Below, one piece after another: positions 1-13,900 of a stretch of DNA of 64,000 bases. The stretch is from the NCBI GenBank assembly GCA_002633005.1, contig NMRA01000384.1, positions 349,504 through 413,503 on the forward strand, written 5' to 3'. Below the pieces are notes generated by a model. It did no database searches. It was not told the DNA's origin and worked only from the letters and a program-made list of their open reading frames with translations. This DNA comes from Phoronis australis (Eukaryota; Animalia; Phoronida). Both the position numbers and the translations under genes were made by a program. Each line of letters opens with the position of its first letter. Position 1 is the first letter of the stretch.

Positions 1-2829
1 AGACTGTTCAACATAGGACTAGATTCTTGATAACTGGATTTGGAAACCCTTACCGCCTGGAGTTGAAAATGTAGAAGACACTTATACTCAAGTTTCCCGC
101 GAGAGAACTCTCAAGACTTAGCTCATCTATTACTTGGAATGGTTAAAATACTGAGCAAATTGCAAGCCTCTGTTCGGTGGACAACATGCCATATTACAAC
201 CACACGTTATTAGAGTGCAGTTGCCTAACAAGATCTTCGTCATCACTTTTCGCTGGCTTGAGATAATAGCCTGCCCTACTCAAACCAACAATTATGAGTG
301 AATACAGTCATTAACATTGTATTTAGACCATTTTGAATGGTGCTGCAAATGAAAGTGGATTGGACTGGAGGTGTTTATAAGTGATTTTAATAATGAGGCT
401 GATGCTATTCGGGCTTAATGTGAGATGTTGTTTTGAACAATTCCACAGCTGTAACTGAAAAGCAATTACTTTTGGACTTAATACCAAGAGCCGGATTATG
501 TGGTGCATTAGGTAATAGTTATTTTGAGAATCAGTTTTCTCCACTGAATAACAGGCATCAAACTGATTCTCAAAATGTGTGCATTTTATATCTGACTACG
601 TTGTACGTTCAGCATACCGAAATGAACAAAATAAGGCCAAAATCAAAGCTTGTTCAAGAGGTCAACAAGCTAGAACTATTAGACACTTACTAGTTCTTAA
701 AGTGTATATTACATATTTTTGATTTTGCAGTCCCGTGTAGTGCCACCTCTGAAAACACTCAGTAATTTGGTTCACGTTTTGGGATGGACTCGTTTCGTTT
801 CTTTCCATTTTCAAAAGGAATATTCACCATTGCTAACTTGGACCTTATTCTGGTTTGATGTTTGCAATTTCAGCTTAACCCAGTTAGCGCTATATGGGAA
901 TTACAGAAGGGACAAACAGTGGACAATCAATCTTTTCAGATATTTTGGCCTGCGATACCTAGCCAGGTTCATGATATCTGAATGTGTGATATTGAACTGT
1001 GTGATATTGAACTGTGATATTCAGGCAAGATTGAGCATGGATGTTGTCTGTATTTTGTAATTGTGTCATGAGCACAAAAGTCAATCAACTGTAAAATTGA
1101 ATGTGAACTGTGTGTCTGGTAAAAATTCTTCAGTTTGGGACATAATATGGCGACCAGGTGAAATTTCAATTTGTCACTTTCCCAACAAAAATATTTTCTT
1201 CTGCTATATTAACTTTACTTTTGGCGCAGCTATTACCAAATTACATTTACTAAATTTAGAACACTTGCACCAAAGAAATCTATGAAATACAGAAATGCTA
1301 CAAATTTAAGAATTTTTACTTGAATTGTGGTGAAATGTTAATAAAATGTACTAAATTATCCCCACTTTTACTCTTCCACACAATGCAACCACATGCGAGT
1401 ACAATAAACATGGAAAATAATACAGTGTCACTCGGATAACAATAGTATCTCACTTATCAAAAGTGAAGTATCACATATTAACAAACTTGCAAATCAGTGA
1501 CGTGAAGTCTGACCCAGCAGTCAAGCACTCGCTTTTTAAAACCAAATTTTTTAAATTCGTAACGACTAAATGAAAGGAAGCGATGGCATTAGACTGGCCC
1601 AACCAATCTTTAACACTGCCTGGTGCAAACAGTCATTCATTGATGGCCAAATGGAAAGAAATTTCCTAAAGCATTTGTCTCAAAAGGCATAGTAATGACA
1701 CTGTAAACTACAACAGAGGAGAAACCGCAAGTTCTGTTCCTTTGTTGAGTAGTTCCAAGCTTTCATTGTTTAAACTTCCTGAGCCATAACAAAGCACTGA
1801 ATAGGTTTGTGCATGTTATCTACACCAATTAAAAGCTAATTTATTATCTGATACCCAAACACTTTTCAACAGGAGAACACCTTTTTTTAAGAACTTGAAA
1901 ATACATGGAACATCTGCAGTTTTGTACATTTCCATGACAACAGATTGAAGCAAATGTTGATATTTTATTCTGTAATGGAGAACACGGGCAATTTCTGGGT
2001 TTGCAACATAATTAAAATTCTGGAAACCACATTTTCAATTAAAACATAACAAATAATGGATGTTCGGCAAACAGTCTACCAAGCATGGGTTCGAGATTCA
2101 TAAACTATTGGCGGTTTACACCAAGACGGTGTAAAATTTGACTCATTTCCTATCTTAACAACAAAAAGAATTTAAATCAAAAAGAAGACTCTTTACAAGT
2201 ACTACCTGGAGAGTTGGTGACTTCTGGGTAACGTAAACTTATTTTTGTGCTCTAGCGTTACAAAATATGAAAAGACGAAAACGGGGACACTAACCATTAT
2301 TGTTGTATATAAAAGGAGGAGGGTATGAGCCAAACTTGGACATAGAACGACTGGCCCTGGAATCAATGCAAAACTAGCCCACAGTAACCAGCTGGAGCCT
2401 GAATGTATTCACTGAGTGCACAGCTGCTATGTAGGAACTGTTCTATGGAGCCCACCCATAGCACATTCCACTCTTTGTGAATTTTCCAAGAAACAAATTT
2501 CATTTTTCATGCAATGAGCAAGTAGATTCCTCTGATGTAAGTGATTTTTGATATTAATTACTTTTGCCAAACATGATTGAATGCACAAACCCGTGACTGA
2601 TTAATATGACACACAATATGAACTTTTATGATTTTGTATTTCCTGTAGAAAACGACAACAGTCACTTACAGGGACCCGGCATTTTGAGAACAATTTTTTC
2701 CACTAAACAAAAGGCATCAAACTGACAGGAATTATTATACCACATTATCAGCTTAACATGGCCAATACAACCGTTAAATAACCTATTTGGTTACTCAACG
2801 CGCGTTGATTAACATTTTGGTGGGAACTC

Positions 2830-2896
2830 GAGGCCTGATTTCAAACCTGCTTAGCAAGAGTTTTGAATCGTCGACTTAACCACTGCACCGCTCAGC
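2830..2896 (-). repeat. Degenerate tRNA-derived SINE head (similar relic at 3112-3156)
   Basis: Reverse complement GGTGCAGTGGTTAAGTC...GGTTTGAAATC resembles A and B boxes. Confidence 0.35.
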
Positions 2897-3898
2897 AGCT
2901 GATGTCATCACAAGTGAAAAAAGAATTACTTAAATGAGCACGAGCACAAACAAGCCAGGAAGTTGATAACTGGCTAATTAGTAAGCAACAATTAAAGCAC
3001 AATTAGAGCAAGATGTACATGTACGCCACCAGTATCATTAAAACTGTTATTGCTAAAGCAAACTAATAACGATGACAATTGGCAAATTAGCAAAGTTCTG
3101 AGATCAGCCGTAATGAGGACTTGAACCTTCAACTGCTGCAGTCCCAGTCTAATGCCCGCTGGTGGGGCTGACTCTCACATGGAAATGGCTGAATGTTATG
3201 AATGCATGAAGTCTTCATCTTATGATCCAAAAAATGAATTTTTGGCCATAAACTGGAAATATGCTTTAATTAACATAATTAACAGCTTTTTCTGTTTCGA
3301 AATAATAACAACAACATGTTATGGAATAAACAATTTGTTTGACAGTAATCCTTTGTTACATCAACTGCTGCGCAGAACATGAGCCTAAAACATAAACTTG
3401 TGGAAGACTTTTAACAAAAGTGCAAACGTCGGCAAGAATCTAAATGCAGTTGCTGTAGTTTGTTAAATGACATCAAAGCCACGCCGTCTGGTCAAAACAC
3501 AGCCTATTGGCCAGCATAATGATAACCTCACAAGCCAGCTGATGTCCGTGAGATGCAGAGGCAACACAGCTAATTTTTGTAGGTTTTTTAATCCAGTATT
3601 AGACTCAAAATTTATGTTTTATCAACTGGATGTTTCAAAATTTCCATGCTTTTAATGTACCTTAAATATGCTTAATTAATCTAAAAAGACATGGTCACGT
3701 GACCCATATCTAGAGAGTATAAATTTTAACTCTGTTAGCAAAAGTATGTATTTTCAGAAAACATAAAGTTTGCGTAATTTTATTTTTGACTTTATAACAA
3801 ATTCTTTTCTAAATATTTTGTTAAATACAGACTTGTCGATGTGGTCCTACATAACTTTAAGAGCAAGGGTAGCTGTAGGGAAAATGCGCCCTTATATT

Positions 3899-4185
3899 TG
3901 TGGACTTACACCGCCAATTCTTTGAGCACAAACAAAGCAGTGCAACCTTACATACATGTATGTGGACATACACCGCCAATTCTCAGAGCACAAACAAAGC
4001 AGTGCAACCTTACATACATGTATGTGCACTTACACCGCCAATTCTCAGAGCACAAACAAAGCAGTGCATCCTTACATACATGTATGTGCACTTACACTAC
4101 CAATTCTCTGAGCACAAACAAAGCAGTGCAACCTTACATACATGTATGTCGAATTACACAATCAATTCTCTGAACACAGGCAAAG
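3899..4185. repeat. 62-bp minisatellite, about 4.5 copies
   Basis: TGGACTTACACCGCCAATTCT...GAGCACAAACAAAGCAGTGCAACCTTACATACATGTA units at 3901, 3963, 4025, 4087. Confidence 0.9.
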
Positions 4186-4687
4186 CTCACTTTACAGTTT
4201 GTGTAGATCATGGATTGAAACACGAAAGTCGTGTGTGCTTCAGGTAGACCAGTTAAGATTTGTTGGAAGACTGATCCTAGGATGAAAGGCCATTTAGAGT
4301 ATTGTGAATGCCAACCTCCCTTTGAGTAGAAGGGCATGTTAATACTAGACAGTGTGTGGCTTATCGAGCTGTAGCATACATGTGTTGAAACAATCGCGGC
4401 ACTGGCAAATGACGTAACAGTAAATTCTCATGATATTGTGGGCAAAAATAATTCAGACATAACTGCCCTGTTTTTATTTTCAAAGCGATTAACAGAATTG
4501 TTCATTTTTCAAAACCATTATTTGATGGTAGATACAGCGCAGAAATTAAAACTAGCTGAGTATTAATTTGGCACTATATAAATATTTTAGTGAGAAATGA
4601 AATTTCACTCGTCAACCATGTTGGGTTCTAAGTATATGAGATTTCACCGTTGCCTTCACGAGCGCGTCCTTGACAAGGCCTACTCAC

Positions 4688-4950
4688 CACTTTATTCTGA
4701 TTGGTCTCTGCGTGACATTGTTCATTTTCTGCAGACAATGTGTTGAGCTGTTGCCGTCTCTGAGTCAGCTGCGCGTCACACTCTTCTTGCATCCTTTGAC
4801 TGGCCAAAATCTCATCTCTGACACGGTCCAGCTCAGCACACGTCGACGTGTACTCTGACTTCCTGTCAGCCATCCTTTTCTCCATCTGCTTGTATGACTG
4901 CTCAGCTTCAGTCAGTTTAGTATTGATTTTCTTCATAGCAGATTTACCAT
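4688..4950 (-). CDS. CNTRL: CNTRL exon 34 (DGKSAMKK...QNKV)
   Basis: cttcag/gtgagt sites; phase 1 to 0; gene continues. Confidence 0.88.
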
Positions 4951-7900
4951 CTGAAGAGACAAAAAGCACGGACAATGAAGAAAAGAAGATTTTAAGAAAA
5001 TTGCTTTTTACCGCTCTCACATTAATTGGGTCATGTGATCATGCCTTTTCAGTTGATCTAAGATCAAGAAAGAAACTACAATGATAGCAAAACAATGGCA
5101 TCAATAACAACAACATTAATATTTGAATGTTTCGAATGACTTCAATCAGCAATTTCCGAAATACGATGATCCGAAGTTAGCCAAACTTGCAACTTTTTTA
5201 GGGTCGCAAGTGGGACGAGTGGCCCACCTATTTCCCGAAGAAAGAAAGCCAGTCAAAGATGGAAGTAAAGGAAGCATGAAGAGGAAAGGGAGAAATAAAA
5301 AATGAGGAAGAAATGGAGAAGAAACTACAGAAGAAATAGAGACAAAACCTGAGAAGAAATACAGACAAAACTGCAGATGAAAGAGAGACAAAACTGCGGA
5401 AGAAAGAGAGACAAAACTGCAGAAGAAAGAGAGACAAAACTGCAGAAGAAAGAGAGACAAAACTTCAGAAGAAAGAGAGGCAAAACTGGAGAAGAAATAA
5501 AGACAAAACTACAGAAGAGAGACAAAACTGGAGAAGAAAGAGAGACAAAACTAGAGAAGAAATAGAGACAAAACTGCAGGAGAAAAAGAGACAAAACTAG
5601 AGAAGAAATAGAGAAAAAACTACAGAAGAAATAGAGACAAAGCTGCAAAAGAGACAAACTGCAGAAGAAATGAAGAAAACATGATGAAGACATGAGCTAG
5701 ACATGAAGAGGAAGTATAAAGAAATAAAAAACGAATTCATGTAATGAAAAAGAACCAAGAAACTAAGGAAAGACAAGGGAATGAAGAAGAAATGAAGAAT
5801 GACAAAGAACCGACAAAGAACAAATTAAGAAATAAAGGAAGAAATTAAAGAAGAAATTAAAAAGAAATAAATATGAATTGAAGAAGAATTGACAACAAAA
5901 TAGTGAAGAACTAGGGAAGAAATGAAGGAGAAATCAAAGAAGAAATGAAGAAGGAGAAAAGATGGATAACAAGATGGCAGAGCAACAACCACATACTTGC
6001 TAAGAGCTTACCTTTCAGCTGATCATTTAAGCTGGCCAAGTCTGACTCAACCTTTTCATACTCGTATTTCACAGTGTCCAGTTTGTGCTTGTTCTGTTTG
6101 ACTGCATCGTCCATCTGGTCAAGCTTGTCTTGTTGTGACTGAATGGTATCTTCTACTTCCAATTGTTGCCTGAAAATATGCAGCCCAGATGAGCAGATGA
6201 ATCAAGTGACATGACAATACAGTAAAATGTCCCAAAATTTTAACAAAAACAGCGCACATAATTTCACTTCATTTTTCAAAGCATTGTCGGACATCAGTTA
6301 TGGTACATAGCTTAGAATTGGCAATGCATTATATTGGTGAGTATCATATATGGCAAAATAAAAATAAAACCATGTCACTTGCGTGCTATATCATTTCCTA
6401 AATTGATGTGACATTACCGTTGTCAGGTGAAAATCCATGTTAAAGGTAGACGGCACATACACAACGTACATTGATCAGCAGTTGAACGTGTATAACAAAG
6501 GGGAGTTTCATTTTGTTTTGATGTTGAGTTCATCGAGATGGGAATTTAACAACTGAGAAAATTTGCAGAGTTGAACAATGCGGAGCCCATTAGCGATACC
6601 CTGCCTCCAAGCTAGAAATTACAGATTTTTCGGTGTTCAGATTACAAATTTTGCTGAATCAATCACGCACATAAGGTCCGCAGACGGCAAAACACGTAAT
6701 ATTGAATGAGGTAAACATGGTTCACCTCTGCCACACCAGTAATCACTCTCCACTACACCAGACATCAATACACTCTCCCCCTACTCACCTTCTCTGCAGC
6801 ACCAATTTATTCTCGCCATCCTTCACGCTGCTCTCCAGAAGCTCTTTCTCTTGCATCAACAGCTTCATGTCTTCTTCAAGCCTCTTCCTGTCTTCTGCAA
6901 GTCCTTCAGCTCTTTGTTTCTCTCTGGAACCTGCCTGCTTCAGTTGGTCTAATTCGGCCGACTTCTTGTCTACATCGGAATGCAGCTCTTGCAGGTCCAC
7001 CTTTTGCTATGAAAACATCACAATACTTCAGCTAGAGATAACAACACAAGATGACCTTAGATACATACAAGCAAGGCTGGCATACCACATTATCATCTTC
7101 ACCTTGTTGATACTTTCATATCAATACTTCCACAACACCAATCACAACGACCTCCAGGTTTTCGATCCGACAATCTAGTTTCGCCAGAGACCCTTCAGTT
7201 TATGCTCACTACAACCGGTGCTACAACGCCAACAATATTCATCGCCAGTACCACCCTCAACAACAGCACCTTACTTGCCTTCTTTTCTACAATCCTAAGG
7301 GCTCACACTATCCACAAGTTCCATCAACAGCTGCACTACTCTGTCTCCTCAATACCGTCATCTCCATTAACACATGTTGCCGTCTACCTAATGTACCCCT
7401 TACACTTTCTACATCCAATCACACAGTTCTATCACTTAGTACCTTACCATCCACACAGTTCTATCACTTGGTACCTTACCATCCACACAGTTCTATCACT
7501 TGGTACCTTACCATGATAAAGTCGTACCTGTCTTGCTCCTTACTCAGTTAAGAAGCAACATCAGAGTTCAGGAAGAACTGACAATTTATTTCTACATTTA
7601 ATGAAATACAGTAAACTCGCGGGTCAACGCCCATGCCTGTGTAATAGCCCACCCCCTGCCAAAGGTTTTCCCATTTTAAGAGCTCAGGGCATTGACCCAC
7701 GAGTTTACGGTTACCAAAACAAGTCAATTCTTTTCAAGCTTAAAAATTTCACTATTTTCACAAATGGACAATTGTCTTCTTGTCAACATCACCATTCACA
7801 GTCTCATATCCCTGTACCCTTTCCATCTTCTGATTATCCAGTGTGCCCAGTTACCTTCCTCCCTAATGTCATCCACTTTCCTCTCCCATCTTCTGTTCTT

Positions 7901-10900
7901 TCTGCTTCACCAGTTAAAATCTTCTTTCTCAACATCATCACCAAACCTTAACTGCCTCTTGCTCACCTGTATCCTTTCCAACATCTATGCATTCTGTGTG
8001 GCCACCTCCGTCAGCAACTCTTCTTTCTCAACATTGACATCAACCATACCTGCCTCTTTCCAACATCACTACATTTCATGTCATGCCTAGTTCCATTAAC
8101 AACACAGTAATGTTACTCGTTTTTCTCAACACTGATGCTAACCTAACCTGACTCTTCCAAAGGCCTATACCAGTTCCATCAACAGCGCTTCTCTCTCAAC
8201 ATCTATTCCAAATTTATCTGTGTCTTCCCAACATCTATACCATATTTGACTAGTCCATTAGCATACTACTGTATTCCCCCTAATAACCGCCCATGCCCTT
8301 ATAAGCGCCCCCATGCGGTTTCAGATTTTGCTGAAATAAGCGCCCAGCCCACTTCACACTTCTGCCGAGCTCTAAAGAACGCAAGTTTTACTGCTCTTCC
8401 GAGGAACGTGTCCCACTATGGCCTGGCCTTTCAGAACAGAAACAGAGTACATGTCAACGGTATTGAATCTTTCCTGTACACATTCCATATCTTCTCCCTT
8501 AACAGGATTCAAAATTTCTTAAAGTCTGTACATGTGAAAACCACGAATTGACTAATAAAATTTGGTGTTAAAAGCACGTGGCCAGGAAGTGCGCGCTACA
8601 CACCTGTCATAGCAGACATTAATCTTCTGGACCTATCTATTCACAATGGGTAGCACAGCATCGGCAAGAAATATTGGCATTAATTTCCAACAGTTTCTAC
8701 TATCATAACAAAATGTTTTGTTATTTTTAAGAGGGGTTGTTTAATTAACCATAATTGGTGTTTTTCACGCCAAATATCCGATAAAATGACCACTGACAGT
8801 GAATGCTAACTCACCCTGACACCCGAAAAATAACTGTCAGACAGTCATGTACGCATCAAGCCACACGCCGACTAATATGGGCCTTACCGAGACGATTGTC
8901 GAATGTTTTTTGGCAGATGAGACCGGCAAGTGCTGAATAAAACATGTTCTGATTTACCATTGCTTGTGCCAATTTCTTGAGGTATGATGCACATCTAGCT
9001 CGTTAGATTGCGTTTTCTCTGGCAATCGAACACCGGTGACACGCACACGCTCGCTTACTTACATACGCGCGGCAGACAAACTTCAAAATAAACATCACGT
9101 GACAACATGTGCGTTCGTCCAGAGTTTTCACACATTGCCGGGTAGGCCTACGATCGATGGCACGATCTAGCAGAGATTTGGACTTAACCTGCCGTTAATC
9201 CCAACTCCACAGGAATTTAAAAATCTTAGGGATGCTATTTGAAAAACTTAAGGAAGATTTCAAGTAATTTGCTTGAGTCCAAATTATTTTTATTCAAGCA
9301 TTCAAGTTGCTATATCGACGATTGCGAGGCAGTCAGTTGGCGAGTTTTCACCCTGAGATTTCAACACTAACAGCAAAGTTTGATAGCAACGCACTACAAT
9401 TTTGTAGAAAGTCTGCCATTAATTACAGATACGTCACAGAGCCTAGATACAACGAATCTTAGCTTCCGATTTCACGCGTTTCGGAGACCGGGTTTTAACA
9501 GCATTTGGTGACAATAAGCGCCCCCCTGAAAAAAAATTTTCTAAGCGCTCTGGGGGGGTTATTACGGTGAATACAGTATATATTTCTAAACATTGACATC
9601 AACATTACCTACCTCTCCCCAACATCTATACCTTATGCGTCCACTTCCATGAGCAACTCCTTTTTCTCAACATCTACGCCACCTTGCCTTCCTCTTCCCA
9701 ACATCTAAACCTTACATGTCCAGTTCCATCCACAACACTCTTCTTTCTCAACATTGAAACCAACCTTACCTGGCTCTCCCCAACGTCCATACCAAACGTG
9801 ACCAGATCCACTGGCAACTCTACTTTCCCTACATTGAAACCAACCTTACCTGCTTCTCCCCCACCTCTAAATCTTACGTGTCCAGTTCCATCAATAACTC
9901 TTCATTCTCAACACGAGACACCAACCTCGCCTGTCTTTTCTCAACACCTATACCTTATGCTTGTGTCACCAATTCTTCGCTCTCAACATCGACACCAACC
10001 TTACCCACCTCTTCCCAACATGTATACCTTATGTGTACACTTCCATCAATGACTCTTCTCTCTCAACATCGTCACGATCACCATCCTTACCTCTCTCATG
10101 TCTGCCTTTATCCTCTCCAACTCCCGTACTTCCTGCGTGTGCAGCGCCTTCAAAGACTCCAACTCTGCCTTCTCCATACTCTGCATCTCCAACACGTGCT
10201 TCAGTTCCGTCCGTTGTTTGTTTACGGCCAACGCAATTTGGTCGCGCGTTTCCTCTTCCGCTGCGACGTCCTCACGTAACGTTTGCAGAGCATCGCGTCG
10301 TTCTTCCAGTGACTCCTTCAACTCGTCACCTTGGTTACGTAATCCACCTAAATATTTCTCTTGCTCCTGGCAATAAATAGAAAGGTTCAGTTCATAGTTT
10401 AATGACTACATATTGAGTAATTTTGGTGGAAAAGACTCTTTAACGATTGTAACGTCAATGCAGAATTTAGAAGCACGGTGGTCACGTTAGAGCCACAAAT
10501 ATGAAAAAGTATTGCAGTATGGGAGAAAATGAAACCAATTTAAGAAATCACCTTATTAAAATCCTACTGAAAACCTTTCATAATCAGTACAGCAATTTTC
10601 ATAATTGAACTGTCACAAACTCCTCTCCCTTGCGAAAAGTCGACAAAAACCCAATAAGTTTTACCCGACAACGTGTTGTTTGTCGGGTAAAATGGCGGCT
10701 TGGAGATGAAGGCGTGTCAAGAATGCTGCATTCTGATTGGTCAGTTAAGCCATAATTCAAAATCCTTGCAAAGCGTATAAGGCATTAAAATGGAAATGAC
10801 AATAAAACCAATGTCTTCTGACAAAACACATCTTTTGATTTAGGAAACTTACAGTCATTTTATTGATCTCGTCTTGTTGTGTTGACATGAACTGACCTTT

Positions 10901-13900
10901 CGTTATTGCTTATGACCAGGTCCATTAGCAGCGGGTTATTTTTATTCACTGACGCAGTATAACTAACGGGGGAATTCCAGGTATCTTCTTGAAAACAACT
11001 TCAATTAACAAGTGAAATGACGTTGCTTTAGAAGAGCAAATACGCACAAGAAAAAATAAATGTTCTTTATGCCTGAACAACAGGTTTATAGCGTATTTCA
11101 TTAACTCCTGGCTTAAACATTCCAAATTTTAGGATACTTGGCGTACTGATAACAGAATAGTTTTCAGTGTGCAAAATTATGCAATTTTATTCTAGTAGAT
11201 CACTTTGCTTCGATACCGGCAGTCAGACATCAAACAAGAGGATAAAGGAAATTGAAAAAAGCTCAAGGCTATGCACTGAATGATCCATTAAGGAACATTA
11301 CAGAAGGGTCAAGGAAGGAAGTGGACAAGGTAAATGTTGCAATGAGGTTTCTGCAAAAAGTCAAACAGTCAGGGTGAGGACACCATCAAGTACACGGACT
11401 CTTTAACAGTCAGGGTGGGGACACCATAAGGTATTTGACTCATCAACAGTCAGGGTGGGGACACCATCAAGTACACGGACTCATCAACAGTCAGGGTGGG
11501 GACACCATAAGGTACTTGACTCATCAACAGTCAGGGTGGGGACACCATAAGGTACTCGACTCATCAATCATCAGGGTGGAGATGCCATCCAGCACTCGGA
11601 CTCATCAACAGTCATTATGGGGACACCAAAAGGTATTTGACTCATCAACAGCCACGGTGGGGACACCATAAGGTACTTGGACTCATCAACAGCCAGGGTC
11701 AGGGGACACCATAAGGTACTTGACTCATCAACAGCCAGGGTCAGGGGATACCATAAGGTACTTGACTCATCAACAGCCAGGGTCAGGGGATACCATAAGG
11801 TACTTGACTCATCAACAGCCAGGGTCAGGGGATACCATAAGGTACTTGACTCATCAACAGTCAGTGGCTGATCAGTCTCATATCATTCAAATAGCTGCTT
11901 TAACCAAAAATGACAAAAAAACGTTTGATTGCCAATTTCTTATCGTAACAAAACTGGTGTCAACTTGTTCATTGCTCAGTTTAGAGGCAACTTCAGGGTT
12001 TTGAGAGAACTGACAATTCATTTAAACCCACTGAGAACACGCTCAGGAAGTTAGTAAGAACTTAGTAACATTTGGACACTTTGTGCAGCAAGCAAGATCA
12101 AAAGCAATAAAGAACTGTCCATTCTTTTTAAGTCCAGAAATCAATTCTCATCTGAATCTGAGGAAAAGTTATTAATAAAAGGCGATTAGGGTAATATCAT
12201 TAAATATAACTACATGTAAGTTGTTACGAACGTGGGTTTAGAGCAGCTTCAAGATTCAGGTAATGCGAAGTGACATCTAGTGACTTGATTATTTGACAAC
12301 TTTATACGACAATGGTATGATCAACAAACACACAACAAAATTTTGATCATTTTTGGTAATGCAAAGATCGTTTGGAAAATGCAAAAGACAATTTTGGTCA
12401 TAACTTTTGTTCGAGATAGAATAAAAGACATGGGCTTTGAACAGAGTACCTGAGCAAGCATGTGAATGCAGAATGGTCTATCAACGCCGTAGAGTGCTTA
12501 TATATTAGGAATCAAATAAGTCATCTACACAATAATGGAATGTATATTGCAACCAGCTACACCATGGAAAAACACATTTTGCATATTTAGCACATTTTGG
12601 GCTTGGGGCGTATCAAGTCCTGCACAGCAGCTTAGAAACCTGTAGATGGTTGTAAGTTTTAGCTGTCGTTCACACACAACAGGCTGTTTCAACTTGACTT
12701 GCAACTTTAGTGAAAGCAGACCTCTGCGAACCCTGCTCTTTAACTTAGTATATAACTAACCCAGCTGGAATGTGTAAGTAAACACAGCTTATCAAAAGGC
12801 TTATGCTTCTGGTTGAGTAAATAATCATTTTATTACCCCCTATTGGTTTTGAATACCTAAGCCTAGACTGAACAATTTTTTGGTTACCTTCAAAAGTCAC
12901 ATGTAATTCTTTATCATTGAAATCAACCAGAGTTATTGCAACTTTCCGGAGGAACCAAATACGACATCATGCACTTCCCCACGTCAGCCTGGTCGGACCA
13001 TTGTTACAATACCAGACAAAAACTAACCCGATAATTGCCGTTCTCTCATCATGATGGTAAACTCTGTCAGTTAACAACAAAATGATTAGTAATAATTATA
13101 GGGGCGGCAAAGTCATAGTTATGTTACAGGTCTGGAATTAATGGTTTAGCCACCATACAAACTTTCCTGCTGATGATGCAGTCTCGTTAAACTGTGAATA
13201 CCAAATGAACTAAAAAATATTAAAAGCCCCAGTCTTCCAGTGTGGCGTAAACCATCTGAGAACCCGTTAGCTTTTCAATCTTGCAAAAGTCTCGTTAACC
13301 AAGACTATTTTCATGTAAATGAGTATGGTAATATTTCATCGTTACCCTAATGAAACAAGGCACAGTTTTGTAATATTTGTTTATTTCACTAGTATCAAAT
13401 AATGATTAGGTTAGGGATTTTCATATGTTCACACCTGATATTAAGTGTATCAGTTTGTGGTGTTTTCTTTAAATTCACAATTTATTAATAACGTGTTTTC
13501 CTGCTTATACTTGTACACACAGTTTTCCAAGAAGCCACTTAGGCAGCACATGATACAAACTTAAATATTCAGTTTTAATCATATGAAAAATAGCCCCTTT
13601 AATTCTGTATCATTCTCGGTCACAAAGGAAAATCATTCTGACTGTTAGTTTGGTATCTGCACAACCGTCATGACCGGGAATTCAATTTATCTGAGAACTT
13701 TTGGCCTGTACTGTATTTTCAAACGACAATGGTTCAACCATAACAGCTGACTACCGGTATTCGCTTGGAAAAGAGGTGATTTAGTCAAGTACAGCCCATG
13801 AATGCAAAAAAAAAACGTCCGTATGTGGTTAGATACATGTGCATTGATGTCAGTTGACTTGACAAAACAAAATTTCCTCTAAGTTAAACATCATGTTTCT

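Noticed and set aside
323-544. Terminal CNTRL exon
   Set aside because: There is an acceptor-like tttcag near 456, but the peptide lacks coiled-coil character or recognisable centriolin similarity.
5123-5693. Overlapping Phe/Leu/Ser-rich and Lys/Glu-rich ORFs
   Set aside because: Translations of a purine-rich tandem repeat.
11362-11862. CRISPR-like regular repeats
   Set aside because: Units are contiguous with no unique spacers, lie in a eukaryotic intron and have no cas genes nearby; it is a minisatellite. The same applies to 3899-4185 and 14870-15098.
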